Origin: Deinococcales bacterium
GTDB lineage: Bacteria; Deinococcota; Deinococci; Deinococcales; JAAFIG01
Assembly (NCBI GenBank): GCA_025359505.1
Contig: JANYHH010000028.1
Span: 32 to 64,031, forward strand
Reading direction: 5' to 3'
Length of the DNA: 64,000 nucleotides
Positions 20,376 to 30,223 of the stretch are shown piece after piece (positions within the stretch are counted from its first letter, which is position 1; the number at the start of each line of letters is the position of its first letter). The notes beneath the pieces were generated by a model. It made no database searches. It was not told the DNA's origin and saw nothing but the letters and a program-made list of their open reading frames with translations. The translations under genes and the position numbers were made by a program.

Positions 20376-20804
20376 TCAATTGATCCTGCCACGTTTCAAA
20401 AACCGTAAGAATTGCTCTGGCGTCAACATCTTCACTTCCTCTACTTGCACCAAATCCAGCAAATCGACCTTGTTCCTCGAGATCAGAAACTGAGCTTTGC
20501 CCTGCGTTGCAATCGCAATGATGAAATCATCGTCTGGATCAGGGCTAATTCTTTTTACGCCTCGCACGGGTATGAATTCCGCTTTCTTCTTCACACGGTT
20601 AACCAACGCGCCTGCAATTGTTTTCTTTAGAATTTTTCGCACGTGCGCGTATTTGGAGACCCGTTTGAATTCAGCAACCTGCGCTTTAGAGGTCAGTAAC
20701 GTAAACCGCGACTCTTCGAGCCACGCCCTAAGAATTGCGCCAGTTACCCCATCTGGTTTTGCCGCACCAGCCACCCAAGCGTTTGTATCTAACACCACTC
20801 TCAA
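20376..20804 (-). CDS. PIN-domain (VapC-like) toxin
   Basis: MRVVLDTN and PDPDDDFIIAIA...FLISRN motifs; AT-richer than neighbours. Confidence 0.88.
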   Translation of the reverse strand: MRVVLDTNAWVAGAAKPDGVTGAILRAWLEESRFTLLTSKAQVAEFKRVSKYAHVRKILKKTIAGALVNRVKKKAEFIPVRGVKRISPDPDDDFIIAIATQGKAQFLISRNKVDLLDLVQVEEVKMLTPEQFLRFLKRGRIN

Positions 20805-21037
20805 CGACGACGCTTTTCAACTCTGGCTTGCTTCACAGCCGCGTTTGCAATCTCGTAAACCTCGTCCTCGCTCATTTGCTCGGTCACAGGGTTACGCGCA
20901 GCCAGCAACTTATTGGCATTGAGATCATCGAGGAATGCGTTGAGCGCAAGCTTGATCGCTTCCTCGCGGGTTGTCCGCAACGAACGCCTGATTTGCTCGA
21001 GGGTCTCTGCGTCCCCAGTGGGCAATTCGAGAATCAT
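20801..21037 (-). CDS. Putative ribbon-helix-helix antitoxin
   Basis: 78 aa, overlaps the toxin start by 4 nt, TREEAIKLAL helix, MSEDEV tail; leaderless TAAACT-6nt-ATG. Confidence 0.75.
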   Translation of the reverse strand: MILELPTGDAETLEQIRRSLRTTREEAIKLALNAFLDDLNANKLLAARNPVTEQMSEDEVYEIANAAVKQARVEKRRR

Positions 21038-21095
21038 GCAAAGAGTTTATCACGCCAGAATTACCCGCCAAGCATCCCCACACAATGATTTGCAT

Positions 21096-21130
21096 CTCGA
21101 GGTCTGGCTGAATAGATTGCAGGCTCGAGG
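21096..21130 (+). repeat. Direct repeat R2 flanking the TA cassette
   Basis: CTCGAGGTCTGGCTGAATAGATTGCAGGCTCGAGG. Confidence 0.8.
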
Positions 21131-21143
21131 TAGAATTCAGGGC

Positions 21144-21947
21144 GTGATTATCGTTAAGGTCGGCGGTAGCTTGGGCATTGATTACGACGCGGTGTGCGAC
21201 GACATCGCAGGGCTATGGAAGGCTGGACAGAAACTGATTCTGATTCACGGCGGCAGTGCTGAAACCAACCGCATCGCAGAGTTGCTGGGGCATCCCCCCA
21301 AGTTCGTCACCAGCCCGAGCGGGTACACCAGCCGCTTCACTGACCGCGAGACTTTAGAAATATTCGAGATGGTCTACTGCGGCAAGCAAAACAAAGGCAT
21401 CGTCGAGCGGTTGCAGACAAGAGGGGTGAATGCCGTAGGACTGTCTGGCTTGGACGGGCGCATTTTTGAAGGCAAGCACAAAGACAGCGTGCGAGTCGTG
21501 GAAAATGGCAAAACCAAAGTGCTGCGCGGCGATCACACGGGCACGGTCGAACAGGTCAACACGCACCTGCTCGAGTTACTGCTCCAGAACGGTTATCTGC
21601 CCGTGCTGACCCCGCCCGGCTCGAGCTTTGAGGGCGTGGCGGTCAACGTCGACGGCGACCGTGCGGCGGCTGCGGTCGCGGTCGCAATGAGAGCCGATGC
21701 GCTGCTGCTGCTGTCCAACGTACCGGGCTTGCTGCGCGACTACCCCGACGAGTCCAGCTTGATCGCCAATATCCCCGCTGCCCAAGTCGAAGATTACCTC
21801 GAGTTCGCCAAGGATCGCATGAAGAAGAAAGTTTTGGGCGCAGCCGAAGCCGTGCAGGGCGGCGTGAAACGCGTGATCTTCGGAGATGCGAGGGTGACGA
21901 GTCCCGTCACGCAGGCGATCAAAGGTCGCGGCACAGTCGTCAGCTAA
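21144..21947 (+). CDS. lysZ: [LysW]-aminoadipate kinase (ArgB/LysZ family)
   Basis: IIVKVGGS, LIHGGS, FVTSPSGYTSRFTD, NVDGDRAA, RMKKKV; start GTG21144 after TAGAAT. Confidence 0.9.
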   Translation: MIIVKVGGSLGIDYDAVCDDIAGLWKAGQKLILIHGGSAETNRIAELLGHPPKFVTSPSGYTSRFTDRETLEIFEMVYCGKQNKGIVERLQTRGVNAVGLSGLDGRIFEGKHKDSVRVVENGKTKVLRGDHTGTVEQVNTHLLELLLQNGYLPVLTPPGSSFEGVAVNVDGDRAAAAVAVAMRADALLLLSNVPGLLRDYPDESSLIANIPAAQVEDYLEFAKDRMKKKVLGAAEAVQGGVKRVIFGDARVTSPVTQAIKGRGTVVS

Positions 21948-22141
21948 ACCGCGTTGACTGCTCGAGCGACTGAGCGCCGCTACAATCCACCAGTCTGCAA
22001 AACTCAAGCTCTGCGCGTACCCGTGTGATCCGGGGCCGCTGCCACTGAAGTTTCACAGCGGTTTTCATCTTCGCCCGAGCAAAGAAGGCTTTTTTCAACT
22101 TCGGTTTCACCGCTGTGTCAAATCTACTCGCGTTGCGCGTC

Positions 22142-22205
22142 GTGCCCATGCACGCAAGGTGTGATGTGCCCATGCACGCAAGGTGTGATGTGCCCATAGG
22201 TGTGA
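22142..22205 (+). repeat. 24-bp tandem repeat, two full copies plus one internally deleted copy
   Basis: GTGCCCATGCACGCAAGGTGTGAT x2, then GTGCCCAT-AGGTGTGA. Confidence 0.9.
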
Positions 22206-22233
22206 CGCTCGAGCGTTGAAGAGGGAATCGCTG

Positions 22234-24102
22234 TCAGGCCATCTCGAGCAGGTTCGATAACTCTTCCCAACGCGTCATGATGGTCAGCAGTTCTGTATCA
22301 ATCTCAGCGTTGCGCCGCCCGAGGGCAGCGAAGTCAGTGTTGGCATTCGGCGTGGACAATTCAACGGTGACTCGAGTCTGCTCCGCCTCGAGCGCGGCGA
22401 TGCTCGTTTCGACTGTCCCCAGTTCCTGCTTGAGCTTCCACGGGTTGACGCTTTTCTTCGCGGTCACTTTCTCAATCGGCGCTTTGACTTCAAGAACTGG
22501 CGCGGCTTTGCCCTGATGTTTTTCCTTGTAATACGCGTAGCCGCCCGGATAACTGTAAAACTCGTTATCCTCGAGCAGCCAGATCGCGTTGGAGATATTC
22601 TCCAAAAAGCGGCGGTCGTGACTGACCAGAATGAGTGTCCCATTGAAGGCTTGCAGCGCCCCCTCGAGCGATTCGACCATTTCCATGTCGAGGTGATTGG
22701 TCGGCTCGTCCAAGATTAGAAAGTTGTATTCCTCCAAGGAGAGTTTCAGCAATGCAAGTCTGGCGCGTTCGCCGCCGGAGAGGGCACTGATTTTCTTGTA
22801 CTGCGCGTCGAACGGGAACAGGTACGCGCCCAAATAATCGTGAACTTCTTGGTCAGAGTTTAAATACCGCGCAATCTCCTGAAACAAGGTGTTGTTCGGA
22901 TCGACGCCGCGCAATTGCTGGTCGTAATACCCGACCTTGACCCTCGAGCCGAGCCGCGTGAATGAGCGTGGATCGTCCACCGCTTCAAACCCCAGCAGGC
23001 AGCGCACCAGCGTGGTTTTACCCGCGCCGTTCCTGCCGACGACCGCGATGCGCTCCCCGCGCCGCACGGTCACGTCGACATCGTGAAACAGCGTGCGATT
23101 GCCGAAGACTTTCTTCAGGTGCGCCCCGATCATCACGATTTCACCGCTGTCAATCGCGGTGAACTTGACTCGAGCGACTTTTTCTTCGGGTGGCGGCGCG
23201 TCCGTCAAATCGCCCGCGAAGCGATCCACGCGCTTTTGCATACTGCGGGCGCGAATCGCTAATTTTTCATTGCGATGCCCCCAGATTCGCATCTGCTCGG
23301 TCAAATCCTCCAAGCGCCCCAGCTCGCGCTGCTCGTTGGCATACGTGCGGGCCTGCACCTCGAGTTCGGCGTCGCGGCGCGTTTTGAACGCCGTGTAATT
23401 GCCCTCATAGACGCGCACCTCGGAGCGTGAGACGAGCGCCGTTTTCGTGGCAATCGCGTCCAGAAACGCTCGGTCGTGCGACACCGCGACAATCGCGCCG
23501 GGGTAATGGCGCAGGAAGCCTTCCAGCCACTCGAGCATCTGAATGTCTAAATGGTTCGTCGGCTCGTCCAGCAGCAGCAGCTCTGGCTGCGCGACCAGAA
23601 TCTGCGCCAGTGCCAAGCGCGTGCGCTCGCCGCCGCTCAAGCCCGTGACCAATTCGTCCTCGCGCCCCGTGAACTCCAAACTATGCAGCACCGCATCGCG
23701 CCGCGAGTTGCGGGCGTAACCGCCGCGCAAACGGTAATGCTCCTCGAGTTCGTGATACGCGTCCAAAGAAACTGGATTCTCGAGGTCAGCTTCCAGCGCT
23801 TTCATGCTGGCTTCTAGATCATCGAGTTCGGTGAACGCACCCTCGACCACGCTGCGAATCGTGCTATCGGCGACAAAACTTGGGTCTTGCTCCAAAACGC
23901 GGATGCTGAGGTTTTTGGCCAGCAGCACCCGCCCGCCGCTCGGCTCTTCCCTGCCCGACAGTAATTTGAGCACCGTGGTTTTACCCGCGCCGTTGCGCCC
24001 GACCAGCGCCACGCGGTCGCCGGGCTGCACGGCGAAATTCACGCCAGACAGCACGTCCTGCGAACCGTAAAACTTATCGATATTCTCGAGCGCTGCCAGC
24101 AT
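22234..24102 (-). CDS. ABC-F family ATP-binding protein
   Basis: Two ABC domains (GRNGAGKTT, LSGGE, LDEPTNHLD each twice), no transmembrane segments, C-terminal coiled coil. Confidence 0.95.
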   Translation of the reverse strand: MLAALENIDKFYGSQDVLSGVNFAVQPGDRVALVGRNGAGKTTVLKLLSGREEPSGGRVLLAKNLSIRVLEQDPSFVADSTIRSVVEGAFTELDDLEASMKALEADLENPVSLDAYHELEEHYRLRGGYARNSRRDAVLHSLEFTGREDELVTGLSGGERTRLALAQILVAQPELLLLDEPTNHLDIQMLEWLEGFLRHYPGAIVAVSHDRAFLDAIATKTALVSRSEVRVYEGNYTAFKTRRDAELEVQARTYANEQRELGRLEDLTEQMRIWGHRNEKLAIRARSMQKRVDRFAGDLTDAPPPEEKVARVKFTAIDSGEIVMIGAHLKKVFGNRTLFHDVDVTVRRGERIAVVGRNGAGKTTLVRCLLGFEAVDDPRSFTRLGSRVKVGYYDQQLRGVDPNNTLFQEIARYLNSDQEVHDYLGAYLFPFDAQYKKISALSGGERARLALLKLSLEEYNFLILDEPTNHLDMEMVESLEGALQAFNGTLILVSHDRRFLENISNAIWLLEDNEFYSYPGGYAYYKEKHQGKAAPVLEVKAPIEKVTAKKSVNPWKLKQELGTVETSIAALEAEQTRVTVELSTPNANTDFAALGRRNAEIDTELLTIMTRWEELSNLLEMA

Positions 24103-24158
24103 ACTGTTCGGGAGTGTACCTCAGTCGCTCGAAGCTCGAGCGTTAAACTTAGGATTAC

Positions 24159-24755
24159 GTGAATTTCTTCATCGGTGGCTCGCCGTGCAGTGGCAAAAGC
24201 ACAATCTGCGACGCACTGGCTGAGCGTCACGGGCTACGCGCTCATCACTGCGATGACCATTACGACGCGCATCTCAGCCGCGCCCTCAGCGGCTCGAGCC
24301 TAGCGCAGTTTCAGCGGCTTTCGTGGCTGGAGGCCTCCACGACGCATTCGCTCGAGCGGATGATCGCCGATGAACTCAGCGCCAATGTCGAGTTAGCCGC
24401 ATTCGCGCTCGAGGATGTGGACGCCATCGGTTCGCCCGTGATCGCCGAGGGTATGCCGTTCCTGCCGGATGTGATGGCGACATTGCAACCTCGAGCAGGC
24501 GCGGTTTATCTCGTGCCGAGTCCAGCCTTTCAGCGCTGGCTTTACGCCGAGCGCGAATGGGCGCAAGGTTTGCTGGCGACCACAGCAGACTCAATCGGCG
24601 TTTTCGAGCGTTGGATGGCTCGAGATGCGAGCAATGCCCGCTTCATTCACGCTCGAGCGACGGCACTTGGGTTCGCAGTACTCGAGGTCGATGGACGGTT
24701 AAGTCTTGAGGAGACCGTGACTTGGTGCGAACGTCATTTGGGGCTGACGCGTTAG
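24159..24755 (+). CDS. P-loop nucleotide kinase-like protein
   Basis: N-terminal IGGSPCSGKST Walker A. Confidence 0.75.
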   Translation: MNFFIGGSPCSGKSTICDALAERHGLRAHHCDDHYDAHLSRALSGSSLAQFQRLSWLEASTTHSLERMIADELSANVELAAFALEDVDAIGSPVIAEGMPFLPDVMATLQPRAGAVYLVPSPAFQRWLYAEREWAQGLLATTADSIGVFERWMARDASNARFIHARATALGFAVLEVDGRLSLEETVTWCERHLGLTR

Positions 24756-24764
24756 TCGCCAATC

Positions 24765-24830
24765 GTAGGGGCGCAGCGACCCAGCCCGAAGGTGCATGAT
24801 TTGCGCCTCAAGACACATGTTGCGCCCCTC
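24765..24830. repeat. GTAG-type REP palindrome split by mini-element copy B
   Basis: GTAGGGGCGCA | 39 bp | ACATGTTGCGCCCCTC. Confidence 0.8.
24776..24814 (+). mobile_element. Mini-element copy B (39 bp)
   Basis: GCGACCCAGCCCGAAGGTGCATGATTTGCGCCTCAAGAC; removal restores a perfect 24-bp palindrome. Confidence 0.8.
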
Positions 24831-24917
24831 GCCGCCGCGCAGCCCCACGTCGAACACACGCAAAACCTCTCGAGCGAGACGGGTGGCTCGAGTCCAACCT
24901 AATAGTTATTGTGCTGT

Positions 24918-25661
24918 TCACAGTTTGTTTAAGCTGACCGAACAGTCGGGCAAATCAGCAATCACGACGCTTGTAACGAATTCAGGCGCATGGGCGACGA
25001 TCTCCCCCTGCGGTGAAACAATCATTGTGCAACCGTAACTAAGCCAATCGTTAGCCTCTCCCACGACATCGCTCGAGATAACCCAGCAACCCGTCTCTCG
25101 CGCTCGAGCGACTAAATTCTCAAAGCTCTTCGGTCGCCAAGTTTCGGCAATGGCTCGAGGTAAGAAGTTATTGAGCGGGTAGAACAGAATTTTCGCCCCT
25201 ACCGCTGCGGTTTGCAATGCCAACTCTGGGTAGTTGGCATCGTTGCAAATGTTGATCCCGAACCGCATCCCGCTCGCCTCGAAAATCGGCACGTCGGTTC
25301 CGGGACTGAGCGCTTTTTCGTTCGCGTGAATTTTGCGGTAACACCCGATCAACGCACCTGAACGCATCACGCCCGCTGTATTGAAAAAACGTTCCCCGTC
25401 ACGCTCGAGGAAACCTAGAATGGAGGTGACTTTTGAGTCCCGCGTTGCTTCCAGCAGATAATGCAGGTGTTCACCCTGAATGCTCAGGGCATGAAGCGTG
25501 ATCTGTTTGGAATCAAGGAAGTAACCCGTGAGATGGCATTCAGGGAACACAGCGATGTCCACGCCCAATTCGTCACACTCGAGCAACTGCTTTTTCAGCT
25601 CTGTCACGCGTTGCTCGAGGCGACCGGGTTCATGTCGGGTTTGAAAGGCGGCGATCTTCAC
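24918..25661 (-). CDS. Carbon-nitrogen hydrolase (nitrilase superfamily)
   Basis: VFPE, YRKIH and NICND supply the E-K-C triad. Confidence 0.9.
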   Translation of the reverse strand: MKIAAFQTRHEPGRLEQRVTELKKQLLECDELGVDIAVFPECHLTGYFLDSKQITLHALSIQGEHLHYLLEATRDSKVTSILGFLERDGERFFNTAGVMRSGALIGCYRKIHANEKALSPGTDVPIFEASGMRFGINICNDANYPELALQTAAVGAKILFYPLNNFLPRAIAETWRPKSFENLVARARETGCWVISSDVVGEANDWLSYGCTMIVSPQGEIVAHAPEFVTSVVIADLPDCSVSLNKL

Positions 25662-25799
25662 AGCTCGCCTGTTTGACCCGCAATGATCCGCATTGCATCA
25701 AAAAGTTCGGTCATGCTCGGCATTATCGCCGACTCGAGCCAGACCGCAGCATAGACAGGTTGCTCGAGTCGCACCAAAAAGCCCTCTAAAATCTCAGTC

Positions 25800-26405
25800 A
25801 TGTACATCCCCGCGTACTCGAGCATGACCGAAACCGACGCTTGGGCGCTGATGCGCGATTACCCGTTCGCGCTGCTCGTGACCGCGCCGGACGGTGTGCC
25901 GTTTGCGACTTCAGTACCGTTCACGGTCATCAAAGAATCGCGCACATTGCTGACGCACGTGTCGATTGCCAACCCGCAGTGGCGGCATCTGCAACCGAAT
26001 CTCGAGGTGCTGGTGATTTTCCAAGCCGAGCACGCCTTCGTGTCCTCGCGCTGGTACGAATCTGCGCCGCAAGTCCCAACGTGGAATTACGCGACCGTTC
26101 ACGCCTACGCAACCGCTCGCATCCTCGAGCCGGACGAATTGCACGCGCAGCTCGAGGGGCTGATGGCGGCGCACGGGCACGCGGCGGACATGACCGCGCT
26201 GCCAGCCGATTACCTCGAGCGCATGAAGAACGGCATTGTCGGCATTGGCTTACAGGTCACGCGGCTCGAGGGTAAGCACAAACTCTCGCAGAACCGCACG
26301 GCTGCTGACCAGCGCGGCGCGGTCGCGCAACTCGAGACGCAGGGCGAGTTGGAGCAGGCGGTTGCGGCGCGAATGCGATTAAGTCTCGAGCCGCAAGTAC
26401 CGTGA
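25800..26405 (+). CDS. PaiB-like FMN-binding negative transcriptional regulator
   Basis: MYIP, PFALLVT, VPTWNY, KLSQNR. Confidence 0.88.
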   Translation: MYIPAYSSMTETDAWALMRDYPFALLVTAPDGVPFATSVPFTVIKESRTLLTHVSIANPQWRHLQPNLEVLVIFQAEHAFVSSRWYESAPQVPTWNYATVHAYATARILEPDELHAQLEGLMAAHGHAADMTALPADYLERMKNGIVGIGLQVTRLEGKHKLSQNRTAADQRGAVAQLETQGELEQAVAARMRLSLEPQVP

Positions 26406-26485
26406 ACGCTGCCCGCGAGCCAGTCCTCAATCTGACACGCTCCGCGCAACTGCTCGGGGTCTCCTAGACTGGCGACTGGTCGCGT

Positions 26486-27358
26486 CTACTTAGAATGGTG
26501 AGTCTCACCAAGCCCGACCAACTGTTCACTGATCGCCCAGAGTTCTTTTTGCGCCGCGACATCCTTGGCAAGATCGCTGGGTTGGACTTCGTTGCAATTG
26601 TCAAAAAAGTATTTCCCAGTCACGCTCGTCACTTCTGGGGAACTCGAGAGGTAAATGCTGGTTCTTGCACCTCGAGTCGGTTTGACCATCACCAGATTGG
26701 CAATCCAACGCACTGGGCCCGGCATCGTTCGCCAGAGGTTCGAGCCGATCACGCCGGGATGCAGGGCATTCGAGGTCACGCGGGTTCCCTCGAGTTGGCG
26801 GGCCAGTTCATTTGAGAAGAGAATATTGAAGAGTTTGGTGTTGCAATACGTTTGCCATCCCTTGGCTGGCGAGTTGGGGCGGTCGTACTCGCGCTCGCTT
26901 TGGATGTCAGCGAAGTTCGCCTTGCCATTGCCGTGCGCCACGCTCGAGACGGTAACGACGCGACCCTGATCTGATTTTTTCAGATGCTCGAGCAAAAGGT
27001 TGGTCAGCAAAAACGGTGCGAGGTGATTGACCGCCAGTTGCACCTCCATGCCTTCAGCCGTGATTTGGCGCACGGCTGGCACGAGCGCGGCGTTGTTGAC
27101 CAACACGTCTAAACGCGGGAAGCGATTTTGCACCTCGAGCGCCAAGTGGCGAACGTCCACCTGCAATGACAAATCCGCCAGCATCAGGTGAATGTTCGCG
27201 CCGCCCGAGTCGCGTTTAACCTGCTCGAGTGCCGCCTGACCTCTGCTGCGATCCCGAGCGACAAGGATCACGGTTGCACCCAGTTTTGCGAGTTCGGTCA
27301 CGGTCACAAGTCCGATACCAGAATTTCCACCTGTCACCAGCACGATTTTCCCGTTCAT
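26486..27358 (-). CDS. SDR oxidoreductase (retinol dehydrogenase-like)
   Basis: TGGNSGIG, VNHLAPFLLT, YCNTK, LHPG. Confidence 0.9.
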   Translation of the reverse strand: MNGKIVLVTGGNSGIGLVTVTELAKLGATVILVARDRSRGQAALEQVKRDSGGANIHLMLADLSLQVDVRHLALEVQNRFPRLDVLVNNAALVPAVRQITAEGMEVQLAVNHLAPFLLTNLLLEHLKKSDQGRVVTVSSVAHGNGKANFADIQSEREYDRPNSPAKGWQTYCNTKLFNILFSNELARQLEGTRVTSNALHPGVIGSNLWRTMPGPVRWIANLVMVKPTRGARTSIYLSSSPEVTSVTGKYFFDNCNEVQPSDLAKDVAAQKELWAISEQLVGLGETHHSK

Positions 27359-27464
27359 GATTGCTCCTACTGAGTTCGGCAACTTCAGTGTCATTAAGCG
27401 TCGCCGTACACAGCTTCTGTGACCCATACGTAAGTTAACCGAATCATGGGGTTATCAATAATGT

Positions 27465-28403
27465 TCAGCAATGCTCGAGTAACACTTCGACCGCCGCCAG
27501 ATCTTGCACGCCCAAGCCAACCAATTTCGCCACTGTGATCTGCTCGCCTGATGTTCTGCCCAAGTTTGGATTGGAGAGCAGCGTGCCAAGTTCAATCAGG
27601 CTCGAGGTTTCGAGTGTTCCAGATTTCAGGGCGTGCGCGATGTCGCCGTATGTTTGATTGACCAGCAGCGAATCGACCACGATCACATCCGCCCGTTTGA
27701 GTACACCCAACTCGAGTTCGCATTTTCGGTCATCGTCCGCGCCGACGGCCGTGATGTGCGTTCCGGGTTGCAGCCATTCACCACGAATCAGCGGTGTTGT
27801 GCTGGCGGTGACGGTGACGATGATCTCGGACGCCCGCACCAAGTGCTCGAGATCGGTGCTGACTTCGACCTTCACGCCGGGCAGTTGCGGCTCGAGTTGC
27901 GCCTGAATCGCTTTGGCTTTCTGGGCACTTCTGCCCCAGATCAGCAGGCGCTTAAAGTCGATCACAGTTTTGTGCGCCAGCGGTTGCCACAACCCTTGAA
28001 TGCCCGTGCCGATCACACCGAGCGTTTTGGCATCAGCGCAAGCCAGCGCGTGACTGGCGACCGCGCCAGCCACAGCGGTGCGCCAATCGGTCAGCAACCC
28101 GCCGTCTAGCACCATCGCCACGGGCGCACCAGTGTTCGCATCGAAAGCCATCACCGCGCCGTCCCAGACTGGCAACCCTCGAGCGATGTTCTGCTGAAAG
28201 CCAGCCGAGACTTTGACGGCAAAGACCTTGCTGCCCGCCATGAAACCGCTCTTGATGTGCACCTCGCCACCGTTGGGGCGCAAAAATCCAATCGCGTCGC
28301 TCGAGTCACCTTTGGAGAAGGCTTTGAAGGCGTCGCGCATCGGTTCGATCAAACCTGAGAGTTTGAGGTGAGCGCGAACTTGTTCGGCGGAAATGATTTT
28401 CAC
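27465..28403 (-). CDS. Ornithine cyclodeaminase/mu-crystallin family protein
   Basis: LTDWRTA, IGTGIQG, HITAVGAD, GLGVQDLA. Confidence 0.9.
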   Translation of the reverse strand: MKIISAEQVRAHLKLSGLIEPMRDAFKAFSKGDSSDAIGFLRPNGGEVHIKSGFMAGSKVFAVKVSAGFQQNIARGLPVWDGAVMAFDANTGAPVAMVLDGGLLTDWRTAVAGAVASHALACADAKTLGVIGTGIQGLWQPLAHKTVIDFKRLLIWGRSAQKAKAIQAQLEPQLPGVKVEVSTDLEHLVRASEIIVTVTASTTPLIRGEWLQPGTHITAVGADDDRKCELELGVLKRADVIVVDSLLVNQTYGDIAHALKSGTLETSSLIELGTLLSNPNLGRTSGEQITVAKLVGLGVQDLAAVEVLLEHC

Positions 28404-28404
28404 G

Positions 28405-29517
28405 TCAATCCCTGCGCTTCAAGTAATCCTCTAAGATTCCGAGGGCTTCGGGCATATTGGAGCGTCCGTAGCCCACGCGAACGTGACGCGGTTGATCGTA
28501 AACGCTACCGGGCAGCAACAGCACGCCGGTTTCGCGCACGATCTCCTCGCAAAATGCCATCACATCACCGCCGATGTTGACTTTTGGAAATCCAATCGGG
28601 CTGGCGTCAGGTTTGACCCAAGAAAACAAATCGCTGTGACGTTCAAAAAAGGCTTGCATCAGTGGCAGGTTCTTTTGCACGATCTCGAGATTGCGCGACA
28701 AGATCACGTCGCGTTGCCGCAACGCGAGGGCCGTCAGGAATTCCGACGGAGCGCTCGAGCAGATCGTCGTGTAGTACTTGAAATGCAGGCATTTCTCGAT
28801 CACGCTCTTGTTGCGCGTCGCCAGCCAGCCCAAGCGCAATCCGGGCAGCCCGTAGGCTTTGCTCATCGATCCGAGCGAGATCGCGTTTTCAAAAGCGTCG
28901 CAGGCGGCGGGCAATCGCTGGCTGGGATCGTGCTCCAACTCGCGGTACACCTCGTCGCATAAGACAATAATGCCGCGCTCCTTGGCGAGGTTCATGACGC
29001 TTGCGAAGACTTCGGGGGTCATGTTCGTGCCAGTCGGGTTGGACGGCGTGTTGATGTACAGCAGCTTCGTGTTCGGTTGAATCATCTGCCCAAGTGCGCC
29101 CAAATCGTGTGCCCAACCATCCTCGTAATGGCGCTGCCACGTGCTGACTTCCGCGTCGGTGCTGCGTGCAACCTCGAGACCGCTTTCGTAGCACGGCGTT
29201 TCGACGATCACGTGATCGCCAGCACCGACTAGTGCGTGATAGGCGACGAAAATACCTTCTTCGGCGCTGGAGAGTACCAGCACGTCGTCGGCTTCTTGCG
29301 TTTGGTAAATCGTGGTGATGGCTTGGCGCAAATACGGTGCGCCGGGGGCTTCGGTGTACCCCAACCAGTGCTCGTCCATGGCTTCTCGAGCACCGGGTTC
29401 AAGGGAAAGCAGTTCGCCCAGCGTGCGCGATTGCGCGTCGCTGCTCGAGAGCATGAACTTGGCGCTGAACTCGTACTTGGCGTAATAATGCTCAATGCGG
29501 AAGGGTTTAATGTTCAT
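28405..29517 (-). CDS. PLP-dependent class I/II aminotransferase
   Basis: NTPSNPTG, DEVY, SMSKAYGLPGLRLGW. Confidence 0.92.
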   Translation of the reverse strand: MNIKPFRIEHYYAKYEFSAKFMLSSSDAQSRTLGELLSLEPGAREAMDEHWLGYTEAPGAPYLRQAITTIYQTQEADDVLVLSSAEEGIFVAYHALVGAGDHVIVETPCYESGLEVARSTDAEVSTWQRHYEDGWAHDLGALGQMIQPNTKLLYINTPSNPTGTNMTPEVFASVMNLAKERGIIVLCDEVYRELEHDPSQRLPAACDAFENAISLGSMSKAYGLPGLRLGWLATRNKSVIEKCLHFKYYTTICSSAPSEFLTALALRQRDVILSRNLEIVQKNLPLMQAFFERHSDLFSWVKPDASPIGFPKVNIGGDVMAFCEEIVRETGVLLLPGSVYDQPRHVRVGYGRSNMPEALGILEDYLKRRD

Positions 29518-29572
29518 TCATTTCCTCGGCTCTTCTAGACTCGGACTGCTTGAGCGTTACTGATTTCTGGCA

Positions 29573-30202
29573 TCACTGATTTCTGGCCTCGTTCAACCAG
29601 TTGTAAACCGTGGCGCGTGAAACGTTGAGAATTTCGGCGACGTGCTGCGTGGCGTTGCGGGTAGAAAAAAGTTGTTTGGCATCCAAAGCCCGTACCGCAT
29701 CAATTTTCTGCGCTCGGGTCAGCGCGGGCAGCGGCGTGTTGACCTCGCGCAAATGCTGACCGAGCGCAGCATGGATTTGTTCGCGCCAGTCGCGTTCGAT
29801 CAGGGCCGTCGGAGGACTCGAGGCGGTGGCGGTAAACAGGTCAATGAAAGCGCTGAAGGCATCGAAGCTCGAGACATCCAAATTCAGGCAAAGCAATCCG
29901 ATGCGTTCGCCATTTTCGTCACGCACGACGCTGCTGACGCATTTCAGGCGGCGACCGTCCCAATTGCTGCGCTCGTAAGGGCCGTAGACATCGCGGTCTT
30001 GCTCGAGCTGGATTTCCTCGGCAATCAGGGACGCTTCGCCCGGACTGCGACGCGAAAAATTATTCCAGATTTTAACCACCCGATCCGTTTCAAAGTCATG
30101 CAGCACGACTTCGGCATTTGGGTGCAACCAAACGGCGATGCCTTGGGCAATCGGGAAAGCGTGGGCGTATCGCGCCTCGAGCTTGGCTTTGGAAAAGCGC
30201 AC
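29573..30202 (-). CDS. YheO/DauR-like PAS + HTH transcriptional regulator
   Basis: EVVLHD, IGLLCLNLD, VAEILNVSRATVYNWL. Confidence 0.88.
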   Translation of the reverse strand: MRFSKAKLEARYAHAFPIAQGIAVWLHPNAEVVLHDFETDRVVKIWNNFSRRSPGEASLIAEEIQLEQDRDVYGPYERSNWDGRRLKCVSSVVRDENGERIGLLCLNLDVSSFDAFSAFIDLFTATASSPPTALIERDWREQIHAALGQHLREVNTPLPALTRAQKIDAVRALDAKQLFSTRNATQHVAEILNVSRATVYNWLNEARNQ

Positions 30203-30223
30203 ACTTGGACTATACGTCCAAGT
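30203..30223. promoter_or_regulatory. Palindromic operator overlapping the -10 box of the YheO-like gene
   Basis: ACTTGGAC-TATAC-GTCCAAGT; an extra GTCCAAGT half-site at 30244. Confidence 0.6.

Noticed and set aside
22142-22205. Possible CRISPR array (also considered at 13262, 49576 and 57590)
   Set aside because: Head-to-tail repeats without unique spacers, and no cas genes in the window.
24776-24814. Mini-element as a riboswitch fragment (CCGAAGG resembles the glycine aptamer)
   Set aside because: Other aptamer motifs are absent, and the copies lie inside a transposase and a REP rather than in leaders.
27415-27433. RDRM-like TTCTGT-N7-ACGTAA
   Set aside because: The spacer is 7 nt rather than 5, and the downstream gene is an SDR.
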